From a virus (taxonomy: Duplodnaviria; Caudoviricetes): a stretch of DNA of 60,295 bases. The stretch lies in the IMG/VR virus record IMGVR_UViG_3300021961_000002, positions 1-60,295 of that record; one strand, written 5' to 3'. Below are positions 29,852 through 38,841 of this stretch, piece by piece; position 1 is the first letter of the stretch, and each line of letters opens with the position of its first letter. The notes below the pieces were generated by a model. That model did no database searches and had not been told where the DNA came from. It was given only the letters and a program-made list of their open reading frames with translations. Made by a program: the position numbers and the translations under genes.

Positions 29852-30706
29852 TTACCAATAACCCTTCAGGATATCGTCCACGCGGACCTTAACGTCCGCA
29901 CGTTGTGTCGCGCTGTCCTTGATGTCGTCGATATCTAGGCCAGACAACGCCGCCTCAAGGTCGGCCCGCGCACGCTCAAGCTGCGGGTCTTTCGTTATGT
30001 TGAGGTGACCCAACAGATCGCACAGCTCGCGCGGGTTCTCTAGGAACGTGTCGTAGTAGCGTTTCTCCTGCCCCTCAACATCCGTCAGCTTGTCAGACAT
30101 TGTGGTTAGCATCTTATGCAGACGGTCCCACGCATCCTGAGTCGCTTCCTTCAGCCGCTCGTTGAAGTTGTCCTCGTACCCACGTCGCATGTCGTCCAAG
30201 TCCTCCTGCGGGATATCCAACCGGAAGTCGCCGCTGTCCGGCAGAGGGCTGAACACAAGCCGTACACCGAACCGTCCCCGTATCTCACTAGCGTCGGGGT
30301 AGTCGGACGGGTTGAACATGTAGCCTAAGCCCGTGGACTTAGCTTGGACCTGCTGCACCAAGTCGGGGTAGCGGTTCACGAACTTATCGACCAACGCATT
30401 GAACCCATCTATGCGGTCGTTCATCGCCGCCTTGTAATCGAACACGGCAGACACCGGGAGCAAGCGCGGCCCACGGTCTAACCAGGGTAGCGTCCGCCAG
30501 AGGTGGAATTGCCGCAACGATGCTGAGAACTTGCGGATATCGTCGAGCATCTTAGTGCCCGCCATTAAATCCTTCTGCACACGCGCAGCGTTACGGGTAG
30601 CTTGGTTGTCAGTATTCACCTTGTCTGTCTGACCACGATCTAACTTCGTAGCCGTCCAGCAAGAGATATTGAGTTCGGTCAAAATTGCAGCGTTATTGAT
30701 AGACAT
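29852..30706 (-). CDS. Helical protein associated with the AAA/VWA module (DUF3150-like)
   Basis: LNISCWTATKLD, TLPW..GPRLLP, F..SDYP motifs; strong RBS; located downstream of the AAA-VWA pair. Confidence 0.6.
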   Translation of the reverse strand: MSINNAAILTELNISCWTATKLDRGQTDKVNTDNQATRNAARVQKDLMAGTKMLDDIRKFSASLRQFHLWRTLPWLDRGPRLLPVSAVFDYKAAMNDRIDGFNALVDKFVNRYPDLVQQVQAKSTGLGYMFNPSDYPDASEIRGRFGVRLVFSPLPDSGDFRLDIPQEDLDDMRRGYEDNFNERLKEATQDAWDRLHKMLTTMSDKLTDVEGQEKRYYDTFLENPRELCDLLGHLNITKDPQLERARADLEAALSGLDIDDIKDSATQRADVKVRVDDILKGYW

Positions 30707-30732
30707 AGTTCTTCTCCTTCGTTTCTAATCAG

Positions 30733-30984
30733 TTACTCGGTTGGTTCACCGGCCAACTTGGCCGTTAGGTAAAGCTCATGCGGCACTAACTCGACCGTCA
30801 TAGTATCGGCGCTGTCCTGCCAGACATGATAGGTGGAGTCTCTGCCCGAACGATACTTACGCTCGAACCGCTCGGCCCTGTCTAGGATACTCGTGAGCAG
30901 CGCCGCGTCCTCTATCGGCATGATGTAGTCCTTGTAGCCGATATGCACCACCGCTCGACGGCCTGTCCCTTCTTTAATACTCAT
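30733..30984 (-). CDS. Small hypothetical protein
   Basis: ORF between the VWA and DUF3150-like genes, RBS GGAG. Confidence 0.55.
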   Translation of the reverse strand: MSIKEGTGRRAVVHIGYKDYIMPIEDAALLTSILDRAERFERKYRSGRDSTYHVWQDSADTMTVELVPHELYLTAKLAGEPTE

Positions 30985-30987
30985 TGC

Positions 30988-32334
30988 TTACTCCTCCGTA
31001 TTGACGTGAATGGTCTGACCCGTGGTTGCATTGCAACCCTTGTTGTTGATGATGACCCACAGGACGGGGCACGGCCACATGCCACCCCAGTCATCGCCGA
31101 CTTCACCATCGGTAAACACAACAGCACACGCTGGCTTAATCCGCTTCTCCTCCAGATACTTGGTGACACACGACGGACGTGTACCGCCGCCACCCCTAGG
31201 TCTGCTTTTGGTCGCGAACGTATCCAGTTCATCCTGCTCGTAGGTTTCGTGCCGCTGCACATCGTAGTCCCAGTAGATGAGATCGACCCGCTCCGGACGT
31301 ACCGCTTGCATGGCACCGGACACACCACCCAGTATGAGTTTCATATCCTCAGGGTTACCCCAGATGGAACCGGACAAGTCTGACGCGAACACCACAGGCC
31401 CAAGGCTTATGGCTTCGGAGCCAGCAAAAACACAGTCGTCCGATAGCCCCATCAGGCGACGATTAGGTCTAGCGTAAGTGGACTCGTCCCGGCCAGAGCA
31501 ATTACTGGACATGAACTGGAGCAGAGCATCGCGCCATGCCACCCGTGGGGTGACGAGATCATCAATGAGCCCATTTAGTCCACCAGCACCCTTACCGCAG
31601 AACCGCTTGTGGTTTTGAGCGCCCTTGTTGAGTGCATCTTCAACATCCTCCTTAAGCTTTTCCTTCTCCTCCTCCGACATTTCGGAGGCACCATCCCAGT
31701 CGTGGTCGTCGAACCCATTGGGTTGTTTGGTGCTAGGTGTGCGCGGTCCTTTACCACCTCCACTACCTCCGCCGCCTTCTTCACCTTCCTCACCTTCCTC
31801 ACCTTCCTCACCTTCCTCACCTTCTTCACCTTCCTCCTGCTCTTTGAGTAAGATGTCGAAGATTTGCTTGACGGTAAGGCCGCGATACTTCGTGTCGAAT
31901 AGGCCCATAATGGTTCCGTCTGGATACCGAGGCATCGCTATGAAAGCCTGACGGGGGTCCATGTCGTAGAGCGTGAGGTTAATCCAATAGTCCATCGCAG
32001 AATTCGCTAGGTGAGCGTTACGCTTCATCAAGTTCTTATACACTTGGAGATGTTGACACAGCTTGTGCAAATTCTCGTGTAGTATGACGAACGCGATCTC
32101 CTTTCTATTGTGGGCAGCAATCAAGTGGTAACCATACCGCTCATCTCGTCCATTGGTACACGCTGTCGGATGGTCATCCACCAGCTCACAGGTACCGATA
32201 TGCAGGGACGGCCAAAAGAAACTAGCTCTCTCGTCGCCCTGTAGTTTCAAACGTACCGACAAGAACTTGCGGCTAAGTTCGGCTTTCTCCGCGTCAGTAA
32301 AGGCGGAGGTAGACCTCTTAGGCATGGGTTGCAT
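30988..32334 (-). CDS. Metallopeptidase-like (HExxH) + VWA domain protein (DUF2201-like)
   Basis: PTACTNG, ILHENLH, acidic (EEG)n linker, DLSGS MIDAS motif, GGGGT and VFTDG. Confidence 0.85.
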   Translation of the reverse strand: MQPMPKRSTSAFTDAEKAELSRKFLSVRLKLQGDERASFFWPSLHIGTCELVDDHPTACTNGRDERYGYHLIAAHNRKEIAFVILHENLHKLCQHLQVYKNLMKRNAHLANSAMDYWINLTLYDMDPRQAFIAMPRYPDGTIMGLFDTKYRGLTVKQIFDILLKEQEEGEEGEEGEEGEEGEEGEEGGGGSGGGKGPRTPSTKQPNGFDDHDWDGASEMSEEEKEKLKEDVEDALNKGAQNHKRFCGKGAGGLNGLIDDLVTPRVAWRDALLQFMSSNCSGRDESTYARPNRRLMGLSDDCVFAGSEAISLGPVVFASDLSGSIWGNPEDMKLILGGVSGAMQAVRPERVDLIYWDYDVQRHETYEQDELDTFATKSRPRGGGGTRPSCVTKYLEEKRIKPACAVVFTDGEVGDDWGGMWPCPVLWVIINNKGCNATTGQTIHVNTEE

Positions 32335-32377
32335 AGTAGTTCTCCTTCGTTGTGACAGGTGTCACAGACTGTTATCG

Positions 32378-33484
32378 TTAGATCAGGTCTTGGTTCTCGA
32401 CGAGCCAAGTACGGAACGCGCTGTTCTTGGTCAGTATGGTCTGCTTGCCGCACCGGACAGCGTTGATATAGAACAACGCGAGCTGCTCGTCTGGCATCCG
32501 GCTCATGTAGGTGCAGATAGGAGCGAGGTTATCCGGGTTGAGTACCGCCACCAGCTTGAACGCCATCACCACACAGGCCGCACCATCGTCAGGGATACGT
32601 GCGGTGGAGGGGGAGTTTTGGATTGTCTCCAGCTTAGGCAATTGGTCCTGCAGATTGATCCACGTCACGAGGTCACGCGCCGCTGCCGCACCGATAGTCC
32701 CGGCCAGAACGGGTAACAAAGACGCAGGAGACTGACCAGCCCGTGAATGTACAATTTCGCACGCGGCCTCAATCGACCTTCCGGATACGAAGGGACGGGT
32801 AGGGTGCTTCGGATTAAAGATCATCTCGTTGTTCTCTTGCCCCGGTTCCAGCCACGAGGCGAACGCCTCAGGTGTCTGCTTTAACCAGGCGCAAACCGGA
32901 GGCGTGCCCTCGTACAGGTAAGAGCGGTTATCCAGCAGCCATTTGATCTGAGGGTCTGCGTCTGGCTTACGGATAACAAGTCTTGTGAAGCGGTTGATGC
33001 TATGCGCTTGAAAATCGTCACCCACACCCATCGCCGTGAGGTTACCCGTCAAGAAACGAATGAACCCCTCCGGTGCGTACCACGAGCCTAGGCGCGGCTT
33101 AGTGCGTTCTAGAAGCGGGTGCGTCATATTCCGCACCGCCCGTCCTGCCTTGCTGAACTCATCCATGCAGATGACCGGCTTCATGCCGGGGCGCGGCGGC
33201 GAAAACAGCTCGTTGATATACATCCGAATGGTCTGGTTCTCGTGGTTAAGCGCCGGGACACCGATGTCAGACACATCCTTCGACGCCATGTCCCAGTAGA
33301 TCGGCCAGTATATTTCGTCCCCGGCACGCTCGTTCGCTAGGCGCGTTATGATACCAAGCAGAGTACTCTTGCCGATGCCGCTCTCGCCAACGAGGGAGTA
33401 TACGAGTCCGGGAGTCGCGACTACCCAGTTAGCGGCTTCGTCCAAGGAAACCGTATGGCTACCCTCATTGATAATATTAGTCAT
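32378..33484 (-). CDS. MoxR-like AAA+ ATPase
   Basis: GESGIGKS Walker A, ICMDEF Walker B, TGN, NRF, SGRS; start reassigned to ATG 33484 after the RBS. Confidence 0.8.
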   Translation of the reverse strand: MTNIINEGSHTVSLDEAANWVVATPGLVYSLVGESGIGKSTLLGIITRLANERAGDEIYWPIYWDMASKDVSDIGVPALNHENQTIRMYINELFSPPRPGMKPVICMDEFSKAGRAVRNMTHPLLERTKPRLGSWYAPEGFIRFLTGNLTAMGVGDDFQAHSINRFTRLVIRKPDADPQIKWLLDNRSYLYEGTPPVCAWLKQTPEAFASWLEPGQENNEMIFNPKHPTRPFVSGRSIEAACEIVHSRAGQSPASLLPVLAGTIGAAAARDLVTWINLQDQLPKLETIQNSPSTARIPDDGAACVVMAFKLVAVLNPDNLAPICTYMSRMPDEQLALFYINAVRCGKQTILTKNSAFRTWLVENQDLI

Positions 33485-33574
33485 GGAACTTCTCCTTCTT
33501 TGTGACAGTGTCACAACTGATTTGGTTTTTGGGTTGGCGTCCGTTCGATCAGACGCTCTTCTTATTATGGATAC

Positions 33575-33603
33575 ATAATAGCATATAACTTAAACAATGT
33601 CAA
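33575..33603 (-). promoter_or_regulatory. Sigma70-type early promoter
   Basis: TTGACA-17 bp-TATTAT on the - strand, upstream of the palindrome and the AAA gene. Confidence 0.75.
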
Positions 33604-34006
33604 TAGGTTTAGACGGGTCTGCACCTATAAACATCGCACGTATAGCCTCCGCAGAGATGCGACCCTGCATCTCCTCCAGCTCTGCCTCCTTTCGCTGCTT
33701 CTCCTCCAGCTCCCGCTGCTCCCGCAGCTTCGCCTCTCGCATAGCGTTCACGTTGAGCGCCGCTCGTGTGAAGCCCTCACCCCATATCTCCACGCACCGC
33801 GAGCGAGACATCCCTCGCTTATAGTTGGATATGAGCAGGTCCACGCTCTCCCCTCGGTCGCGCAGCAATGCTTTTTCAAAATCAAGCTCTTGGCTACGCC
33901 GGTACGCTGCCGCAACCATAGCCTCCATAGCTGTCTCCTCTGCCGCCCTACGGGAGCGAAAAGATGCGTCGTACCTACGTCTTGTTTCTCTATCTACTTT
34001 TGGCAT
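33590..34006 (-). CDS. Hypothetical protein
   Basis: 138 aa, charged; RBS AGGAGG. Confidence 0.55.
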   Translation of the reverse strand: MPKVDRETRRRYDASFRSRRAAEETAMEAMVAAAYRRSQELDFEKALLRDRGESVDLLISNYKRGMSRSRCVEIWGEGFTRAALNVNAMREAKLREQRELEEKQRKEAELEEMQGRISAEAIRAMFIGADPSKPIDIV

Positions 34007-34128
34007 TTCATCCTCCTATAAAAATACAGATACCACCGTCACCACAGCCCATGACCCACTCTATGACTACCAACGCATAGATAGCTCCGAGTAGGGCCAT
34101 GACTACAAACATACTGACAGAACGCATT

Positions 34129-34451
34129 TCACTTCTCCTTTTCTAGTTGCATTGCAACCTCTGCTACATAATCGACCACCCCGTGCAGGTCGCCGTGGTA
34201 CACTAAGAAATCAAACAGCCCCTCTTTATCCAGCACCCACTTGCCACCTTGCTTCTCCGGAGCACCCACAGGGGTCACACCCCTTGGCGTTGGTAGTTGC
34301 TTGACCTCTTCGAGTAAGTCGGCGTGACACTTAAGGATAGCTTTGTAGTCGTAGACAGGGGGTCTAACTGATTCTTTTTCTTTCCCCCTACTCTTCCTCG
34401 TATTGAGTAGAGCAGTCCACACTTCATGCCAGTTTGCATCAGTGCAACGCG
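34129..34451 (-). CDS. Hypothetical protein
   Basis: ORF 34129..34509 in the track; probable start near MARCTD (approximate). Confidence 0.4.
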
Positions 34452-34654
34452 CCATCTCCCTCTCCCATGAAAGCTTCGAGGTATTCCAACCGCTCAAGCA
34501 CTGTGCCAATCATGTGCCCGAACAGGCGGATGGTCGGTTGGTCCACGGTTTCAGGGGCTTCGCTCATATGCACGGCCAGCTTATGCAAAAGATCGTAGGT
34601 AGACTTGTCTAGCAAGTATGCCCCGTCGTCGTCTGCGGTTTGCTCGTCACTCAT
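34439..34654 (-). CDS. Small acidic hypothetical protein
   Basis: RBS GGAGGAGG upstream. Confidence 0.55.
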   Translation of the reverse strand: MSDEQTADDDGAYLLDKSTYDLLHKLAVHMSEAPETVDQPTIRLFGHMIGTVLERLEYLEAFMGEGDGALH

Positions 34655-34673
34655 TTCACACCTCCTCCAATGT

Positions 34674-35027
34674 CTAGTCCCGCCACACGTAGCCTTGTTC
34701 CGGCAGCGTTCCTCTACGCTCTTCGGGCTTAATGTCTTTGGCGTAGATCACCATAACCCCATCCGTATCCAACTCCGCACCAAGGTGCGCAGTCGCTTCA
34801 CACAGGCTATCGTGCGTGCTTATAGAATAATCGGCTCCACAGCACGTACAGGTTACACGCTCCGGGCTATGACCAAACCGATTGTAGAAGATCAGCTTGG
34901 CTTCTTCCTCCGGCGCTTCAATAAAGCACACTTCAAAACCTTCTTTCGCTCCCCCACCGGAATGCATATCCCATAGGCGTGTCCACTCAGTTTTCTCACT
35001 CATTTCACTCTCCTTCCCCGGTTGCAT
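34674..35027 (-). CDS. Hypothetical protein (DMHSGGG..K; CTCCG motif)
   Basis: ORF in the early cluster with a Cys motif. Confidence 0.55.
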   Translation of the reverse strand: MQPGKESEMSEKTEWTRLWDMHSGGGAKEGFEVCFIEAPEEEAKLIFYNRFGHSPERVTCTCCGADYSISTHDSLCEATAHLGAELDTDGVMVIYAKDIKPEERRGTLPEQGYVWRD

Positions 35028-35226
35028 TGCAATCCTTATAAATTACCCATCCCGGTGCAAAAGTTGCTCCGGCTAGGTCCGCTCCCTGTAGGTCCGCTCC
35101 CTGTAGGTTCGCTCCCCGTAGGTCCGTTCCCCGTAGGTCCGCTCCCCATAGGTCCGCTCTCTGTAGGTTCGCTCCCCGTAGGGTGTCGAACTCCTTCTCG
35201 GTGCCGTCTAAAAATTTAACTAACAT
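35005..35226 (-). CDS. Pentapeptide-repeat protein
   Basis: (A[ND]LxG)-type repeats: [39 protein letters not shown]. Confidence 0.85.
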   Translation of the reverse strand: MLVKFLDGTEKEFDTLRGANLQRADLWGADLRGTDLRGANLQGADLQGADLAGATFAPGWVIYKDCNATGEGE

Positions 35227-35227
35227 C

Positions 35228-35431
35228 TCAATCTCCTATCTTCTTCGGGTTCAGTTGCTTGAGCTGCTCCGGGTGTGTCACCACGAAGAAGCTCGACTTA
35301 TTTAGGTGGGCGACGGTCCACTTGCGTTCCCTCGCCACCGCATCGCCACACTCAAGGCAGAGGCGGTAGCCTAGTTCTGCTCGCCGCTTCGCTATGGCCG
35401 TCCCGCACTTACACACGACCCCAGCGCTCAT
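35228..35431 (-). CDS. Small Zn-finger protein (DksA/TraR C4-like)
   Basis: CKCG..I..RR.ELGY.LCLECG. Confidence 0.6.
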   Translation of the reverse strand: MSAGVVCKCGTAIAKRRAELGYRLCLECGDAVARERKWTVAHLNKSSFFVVTHPEQLKQLNPKKIGD

Positions 35432-36210
35432 TGCATCCCTCCACTTGTGACAGTGTCACGGAGTGCGTACTTGCGCCCCGCGCCGTGCGTGGGGATGGCT
35501 ATACTCTTGGCCTTCACGCTGGCCCCGCCACACAACAGACAGTCCGAACACTTTACACGCCGCCCAGCTTCTTCCGACGCCGGACATAGTATCTCCTGCC
35601 CCTGGACAATTTCGCTCACATCCTGCACTACACGAAACGTCCGCGCACCGGAGGCCCATGCAGCTTGCGCGGCGGCTACGTCATTCACACTAACCATATA
35701 CATAGCCGGGTCAAAGGAAGACTGCGCCACCTCCGACTGGTGGGAATATGCCGTATGCCCCTTTGCTTCGCGCTTGAGCGCATCCCAAACATACCGTGGC
35801 ACAGCAGCGCCATCGCCGTAAGTCCCCACCCGGACAAGCTTGCCCGCACCAAGAGCGGTTAGGTCTTCTAGGCTTGTTGCACGCTGATATCGGCCCCGTT
35901 TGTAGGCACGGTACACGGCAAGCGGCCCCTGCCCGATTTGAACATAGCACCCGCGATGGTCGGCCAGCCCCGTGGGCTTACTCAAATTCGCAACGCCCCG
36001 TAGCGGGCACGTTCCGCAAATGGACACGTCTTCACCCGTCCGGTTCGCATCACGGGGGTCTAGGTCCGCACGCTGAATGTAGGTCTGGACCATGAACCCG
36101 GTTTTTCGGTTACGCCCAGAGACCACACCGACGACCACGATAGGCCTCCCGTCTAAGAGAGACGGACCCTCATACAATATGAGGGCTTGGTGTTTGGCTA
36201 TTGGTTCCAC
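35428..36210 (-). CDS. Cys-rich hypothetical protein (possible metal/Fe-S enzyme)
   Basis: NRKTG, ICGTCPL..CYV, VRVGTYGD, CPAS..C..C.LC, terminal HG; GTG start at 36210 after the RBS. Confidence 0.6.
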   Translation of the reverse strand: MEPIAKHQALILYEGPSLLDGRPIVVVGVVSGRNRKTGFMVQTYIQRADLDPRDANRTGEDVSICGTCPLRGVANLSKPTGLADHRGCYVQIGQGPLAVYRAYKRGRYQRATSLEDLTALGAGKLVRVGTYGDGAAVPRYVWDALKREAKGHTAYSHQSEVAQSSFDPAMYMVSVNDVAAAQAAWASGARTFRVVQDVSEIVQGQEILCPASEEAGRRVKCSDCLLCGGASVKAKSIAIPTHGAGRKYALRDTVTSGGMQ

Positions 36211-36278
36211 TCTACTTCTCCTTCTTTGTGACACTGTCACAAGCCCAGGGGTGTCTGTTTTTTGGGCCTGATTTTACA

Positions 36279-36307
36279 ATAATAGCCTATTGTGTATACA
36301 ATGTCAA
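36279..36307 (-). promoter_or_regulatory. Sigma70-type early promoter
   Basis: TTGACA-17 bp-TATTAT on the - strand. Confidence 0.75.
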
Positions 36308-36356
36308 TAGGTTTTCACCTCTAAAGCCCAAGAACAGTCCGTGTACGGAACTAGAA

Positions 36357-36767
36357 ATTACCGGTAAGTGCTTGAAAATAAACACACCTTACCCAACTTA
36401 CGAAAATTTTTTGACTCGTAATATGTGAATTGGGTGGGTTTGGGTGGTGGCAAAAGCCACTAAGTCCTTATTATTATTATTATTTATAGATTACTTACTT
36501 ACTTACTTACTACCCAACTTACTTTCTAACGGAAATTGGAAGAAATTTAGTACGGCTAGAATTTTTTGAAATTGTGTTTTTGGGTGGTGGTGCATGTGCG
36601 CAGCCCCTCATCTTCTAAAAGAAAAAAATTTCCCAAACCGCTCCAAAACCCCAAAAAACCGTAATATTCGGTATTTGTCTTTAGTTTCAATGGGTTATCA
36701 TATTACCGAGCGAAAAATTTTCGTAATTTCAGTAATGTGTGTTTGTTTTCAATAGCTTAGCGGTAAT
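36357..36767. repeat. 69-bp imperfect inverted repeat (36357..36425 / 36699..36767) flanking an AT-rich core; origin-like
   Basis: Ungapped manual alignment gives 55/69 identity; the core holds (TTA)n and (TTAC)5. Confidence 0.8.
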
Positions 36768-37141
36768 ATGTGGACTGTGGGTGCAAAGCTTGTGACACTG
36801 TCACAACGGAGAAGGCCAGCAGCCTCCTATTTGAAATGCAGCCACCACTTTTTTGCGCGGCACTGCAGCCACCCCTTTGAACAGCAGCCACCTCTTAGAA
36901 CTATCAGCCTGAAACTATCACGCAACTATCAGAGACAGACAAAACAACAAGAAAGCCAGAGAACAAAAGAACAAGAGAACAAGAGAAAAAGAGGAAAAAA
37001 GAATAATGGAAGTTTTTGCTTCGCAAAAAAAGTTTTTGTTAAGTGTGGGTATGAGTATGGGTAGAATTGTAAAGACAATATAATAAATAACTATCACACC
37101 ACCACAGAACTATCAGGGGGATTTTTGCTGCGACGCAGCAA

Positions 37142-37176
37142 AAGGGAAACCCCGGCGCTTGCGCGCCGGGGTGGGG
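37142..37176 (-). terminator. Probable terminator
   Basis: - strand CCCCGGCGC-GCAA-GCGCCGGGG followed by TTTCCCTTT. Confidence 0.6.
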
Positions 37177-37186
37177 CAAGGCGGGC

Positions 37187-37417
37187 TCAAGTATCAGCCT
37201 CGTTGCATTCTATCAGCTCTTCACTTACGAGATATTCTAAAAGCGCTTTTGGCGCTTTCATTATAGAAGTCGTTTCGTTTCCTATCGTGTACACCAGGCG
37301 GCCTTGCCGCATGTGCAGGCAGCCGCGCTGGCCTTCATACATGAAGCTAAGAATAACGTTCTCAAATCCCGGCATTGTTTCCCCCTTTCCTATCTCCGAG
37401 GATGTATCCGAGAGCAA
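37187..37417 (-). CDS. Small early hypothetical protein
   Basis: Probable start MPGFEN after AAAGGGG; followed by a terminator. Confidence 0.4.
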   Translation of the reverse strand: MLSDTSSEIGKGETMPGFENVILSFMYEGQRGCLHMRQGRLVYTIGNETTSIMKAPKALLEYLVSEELIECNEADT

Positions 37418-37508
37418 AGCAGATTGCGAAAAACGGGATATTCGCCGTGAAGATTTCGATGGCCGTTGTGCAAATCATTTGCTTGTTTCCTTCTAAAAGA
37501 TAGGCGGG

Positions 37509-37718
37509 CTATTTTATCGAAATTATAAACCCGTCTTTCGCTATACCCGACGCATACCATTTGTGAGGTTCGGGATAGTGTGGCCCTTCCAGGCTAACGG
37601 TCCCGTCACGAGGTTCATTCCCGCCGAACGGGCCGGGTTGAAAGAATCTGACACGCTCGCCGCGCGCAAGCGCCTCTTTAAGGGCCTTTTTTGTTTTGAA
37701 GTTCGGTGATGTATACAT
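37509..37718 (-). CDS. Small early hypothetical protein
   Basis: NFKTKKALKEA..EGPHYPEPHKWYA; RBS AAGGA. Confidence 0.6.
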   Translation of the reverse strand: MYTSPNFKTKKALKEALARGERVRFFQPGPFGGNEPRDGTVSLEGPHYPEPHKWYASGIAKDGFIISIK

Positions 37719-37775
37719 TTCTTTGATCCTTTTTCGGAAAAACGGGCGGGCGGCACCGCCGCCCGCCCAAGTGGG

Positions 37776-38612
37776 TTAGCCTTCGATTTTCTTCCAGTCT
37801 ACGCCGAGAAGCTCGAGCGCGGGCTCGAGCACGCCAAACGCGGCTTCGAACATTTCGGCGGGGGACGGGCGGTCCTTGAAGCGCTTGGCGATGGCGGGGT
37901 AGGCTTTGATCCCTTCGCCCATAATGCCGCCGAAGTCGCGAATTAGGCGTTTCGCCAAGGTTTGGGCCGCCTCAACGATCAGTTCGTCGTTCGTGCGCGT
38001 CCGCTCACTAGCGCCGCCAGCGCCGCCGTTTGCCTTCTCCCGCGCCTTCTCTGCCGCGCGTTTGACAGGCGTTACCCGCTTCGATTTCGGCGCAGCATCC
38101 AAAGCGGTCAGATCGACCCCGGTGCTAACGCACCATTCGATGCAGTAACCGATGATGCGCTTTTTATGCTGGCGCAGCGACGCCCCTAAGCGGTCGCGCG
38201 AGTCTTTGTCATTGATCGTATCTAGGTGCGCGTTCTGGCTGACATCCCAGTTAGCGGACCATTTAGAAACGGCGACCGGATCGGCGAACAAAGCGATGTT
38301 ACCGTTCGGCATGCCCGCGCCTGCCATGGCGAAGTCTTTTACGATGTGGGCGGCTTCGTCCTGCGTGGCGAATTCTTGCCGCGCTAAGTCGATCATTTCC
38401 CCGATTTTGTCCGTTAGCGCGTTGGTGTCGATGGTCACGGGATTGGCGACCGGGGCCGCGCTGGTCATAAGCGCCGCCGTGACGTTGTCACGGGCGGGGG
38501 TATTGAGGTCGTGCCATTCGATTTTCTTGCCAGCATTTCCGGCGGTGGGGGTATTGAGGTCGTGCCATTCGATTTTCTTGCCAGCATTTCCGGCGGTGGG
38601 CTTCTTAGCCAT
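37776..38612 (-). CDS. Early hypothetical protein with N-terminal 17-aa duplication
   Basis: ATG 38612 after AAGGAG, downstream of a promoter; GC-rich codon usage. Confidence 0.65.
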   Translation of the reverse strand: MAKKPTAGNAGKKIEWHDLNTPTAGNAGKKIEWHDLNTPARDNVTAALMTSAAPVANPVTIDTNALTDKIGEMIDLARQEFATQDEAAHIVKDFAMAGAGMPNGNIALFADPVAVSKWSANWDVSQNAHLDTINDKDSRDRLGASLRQHKKRIIGYCIEWCVSTGVDLTALDAAPKSKRVTPVKRAAEKAREKANGGAGGASERTRTNDELIVEAAQTLAKRLIRDFGGIMGEGIKAYPAIAKRFKDRPSPAEMFEAAFGVLEPALELLGVDWKKIEG

Positions 38613-38666
38613 GGGGTGAGCTCCTTCTTGAGATCGATGCCGCGACAGCCGCGTCATCTGAATAAT

Positions 38667-38694
38667 ATTCTAAGGATTAGTCGGACAATGTCAA
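38667..38694 (-). promoter_or_regulatory. Sigma70-type promoter
   Basis: TTGACA-16 bp-TAGAAT on the - strand. Confidence 0.6.
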
Positions 38695-38766
38695 CTATTA
38701 TAAAGCGCTTGTTTCAATAATTTATTGGGTTAGGGCGAGCGCGGCCCGCTTGTGACAACGTCACAA

Positions 38767-38841
38767 GGATAATCAGCACACGGATAATCAGCACACGGAT
38801 AATCAGCACACGGATAATCAGCACACGGATAATCAGCACAC
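38767..38841 (+). repeat. Five perfect 15-bp tandem repeats (GGATAATCAGCACAC)
   Basis: Directly visible, non-coding. Confidence 0.95.

Noticed and set aside
33485-36240. Identical N-termini MT[LV]SQRRRS on two ORFs
   Set aside because: Artefact of translating the shared palindrome+RBS block; the true starts are downstream.
36768-37064. 98-aa + strand ORF
   Set aside because: Runs through repeat-rich and A-rich non-coding-looking DNA, opposite to neighbouring genes.
38767-38841. Mini-CRISPR
   Set aside because: Head-to-tail 15-mers without spacers.
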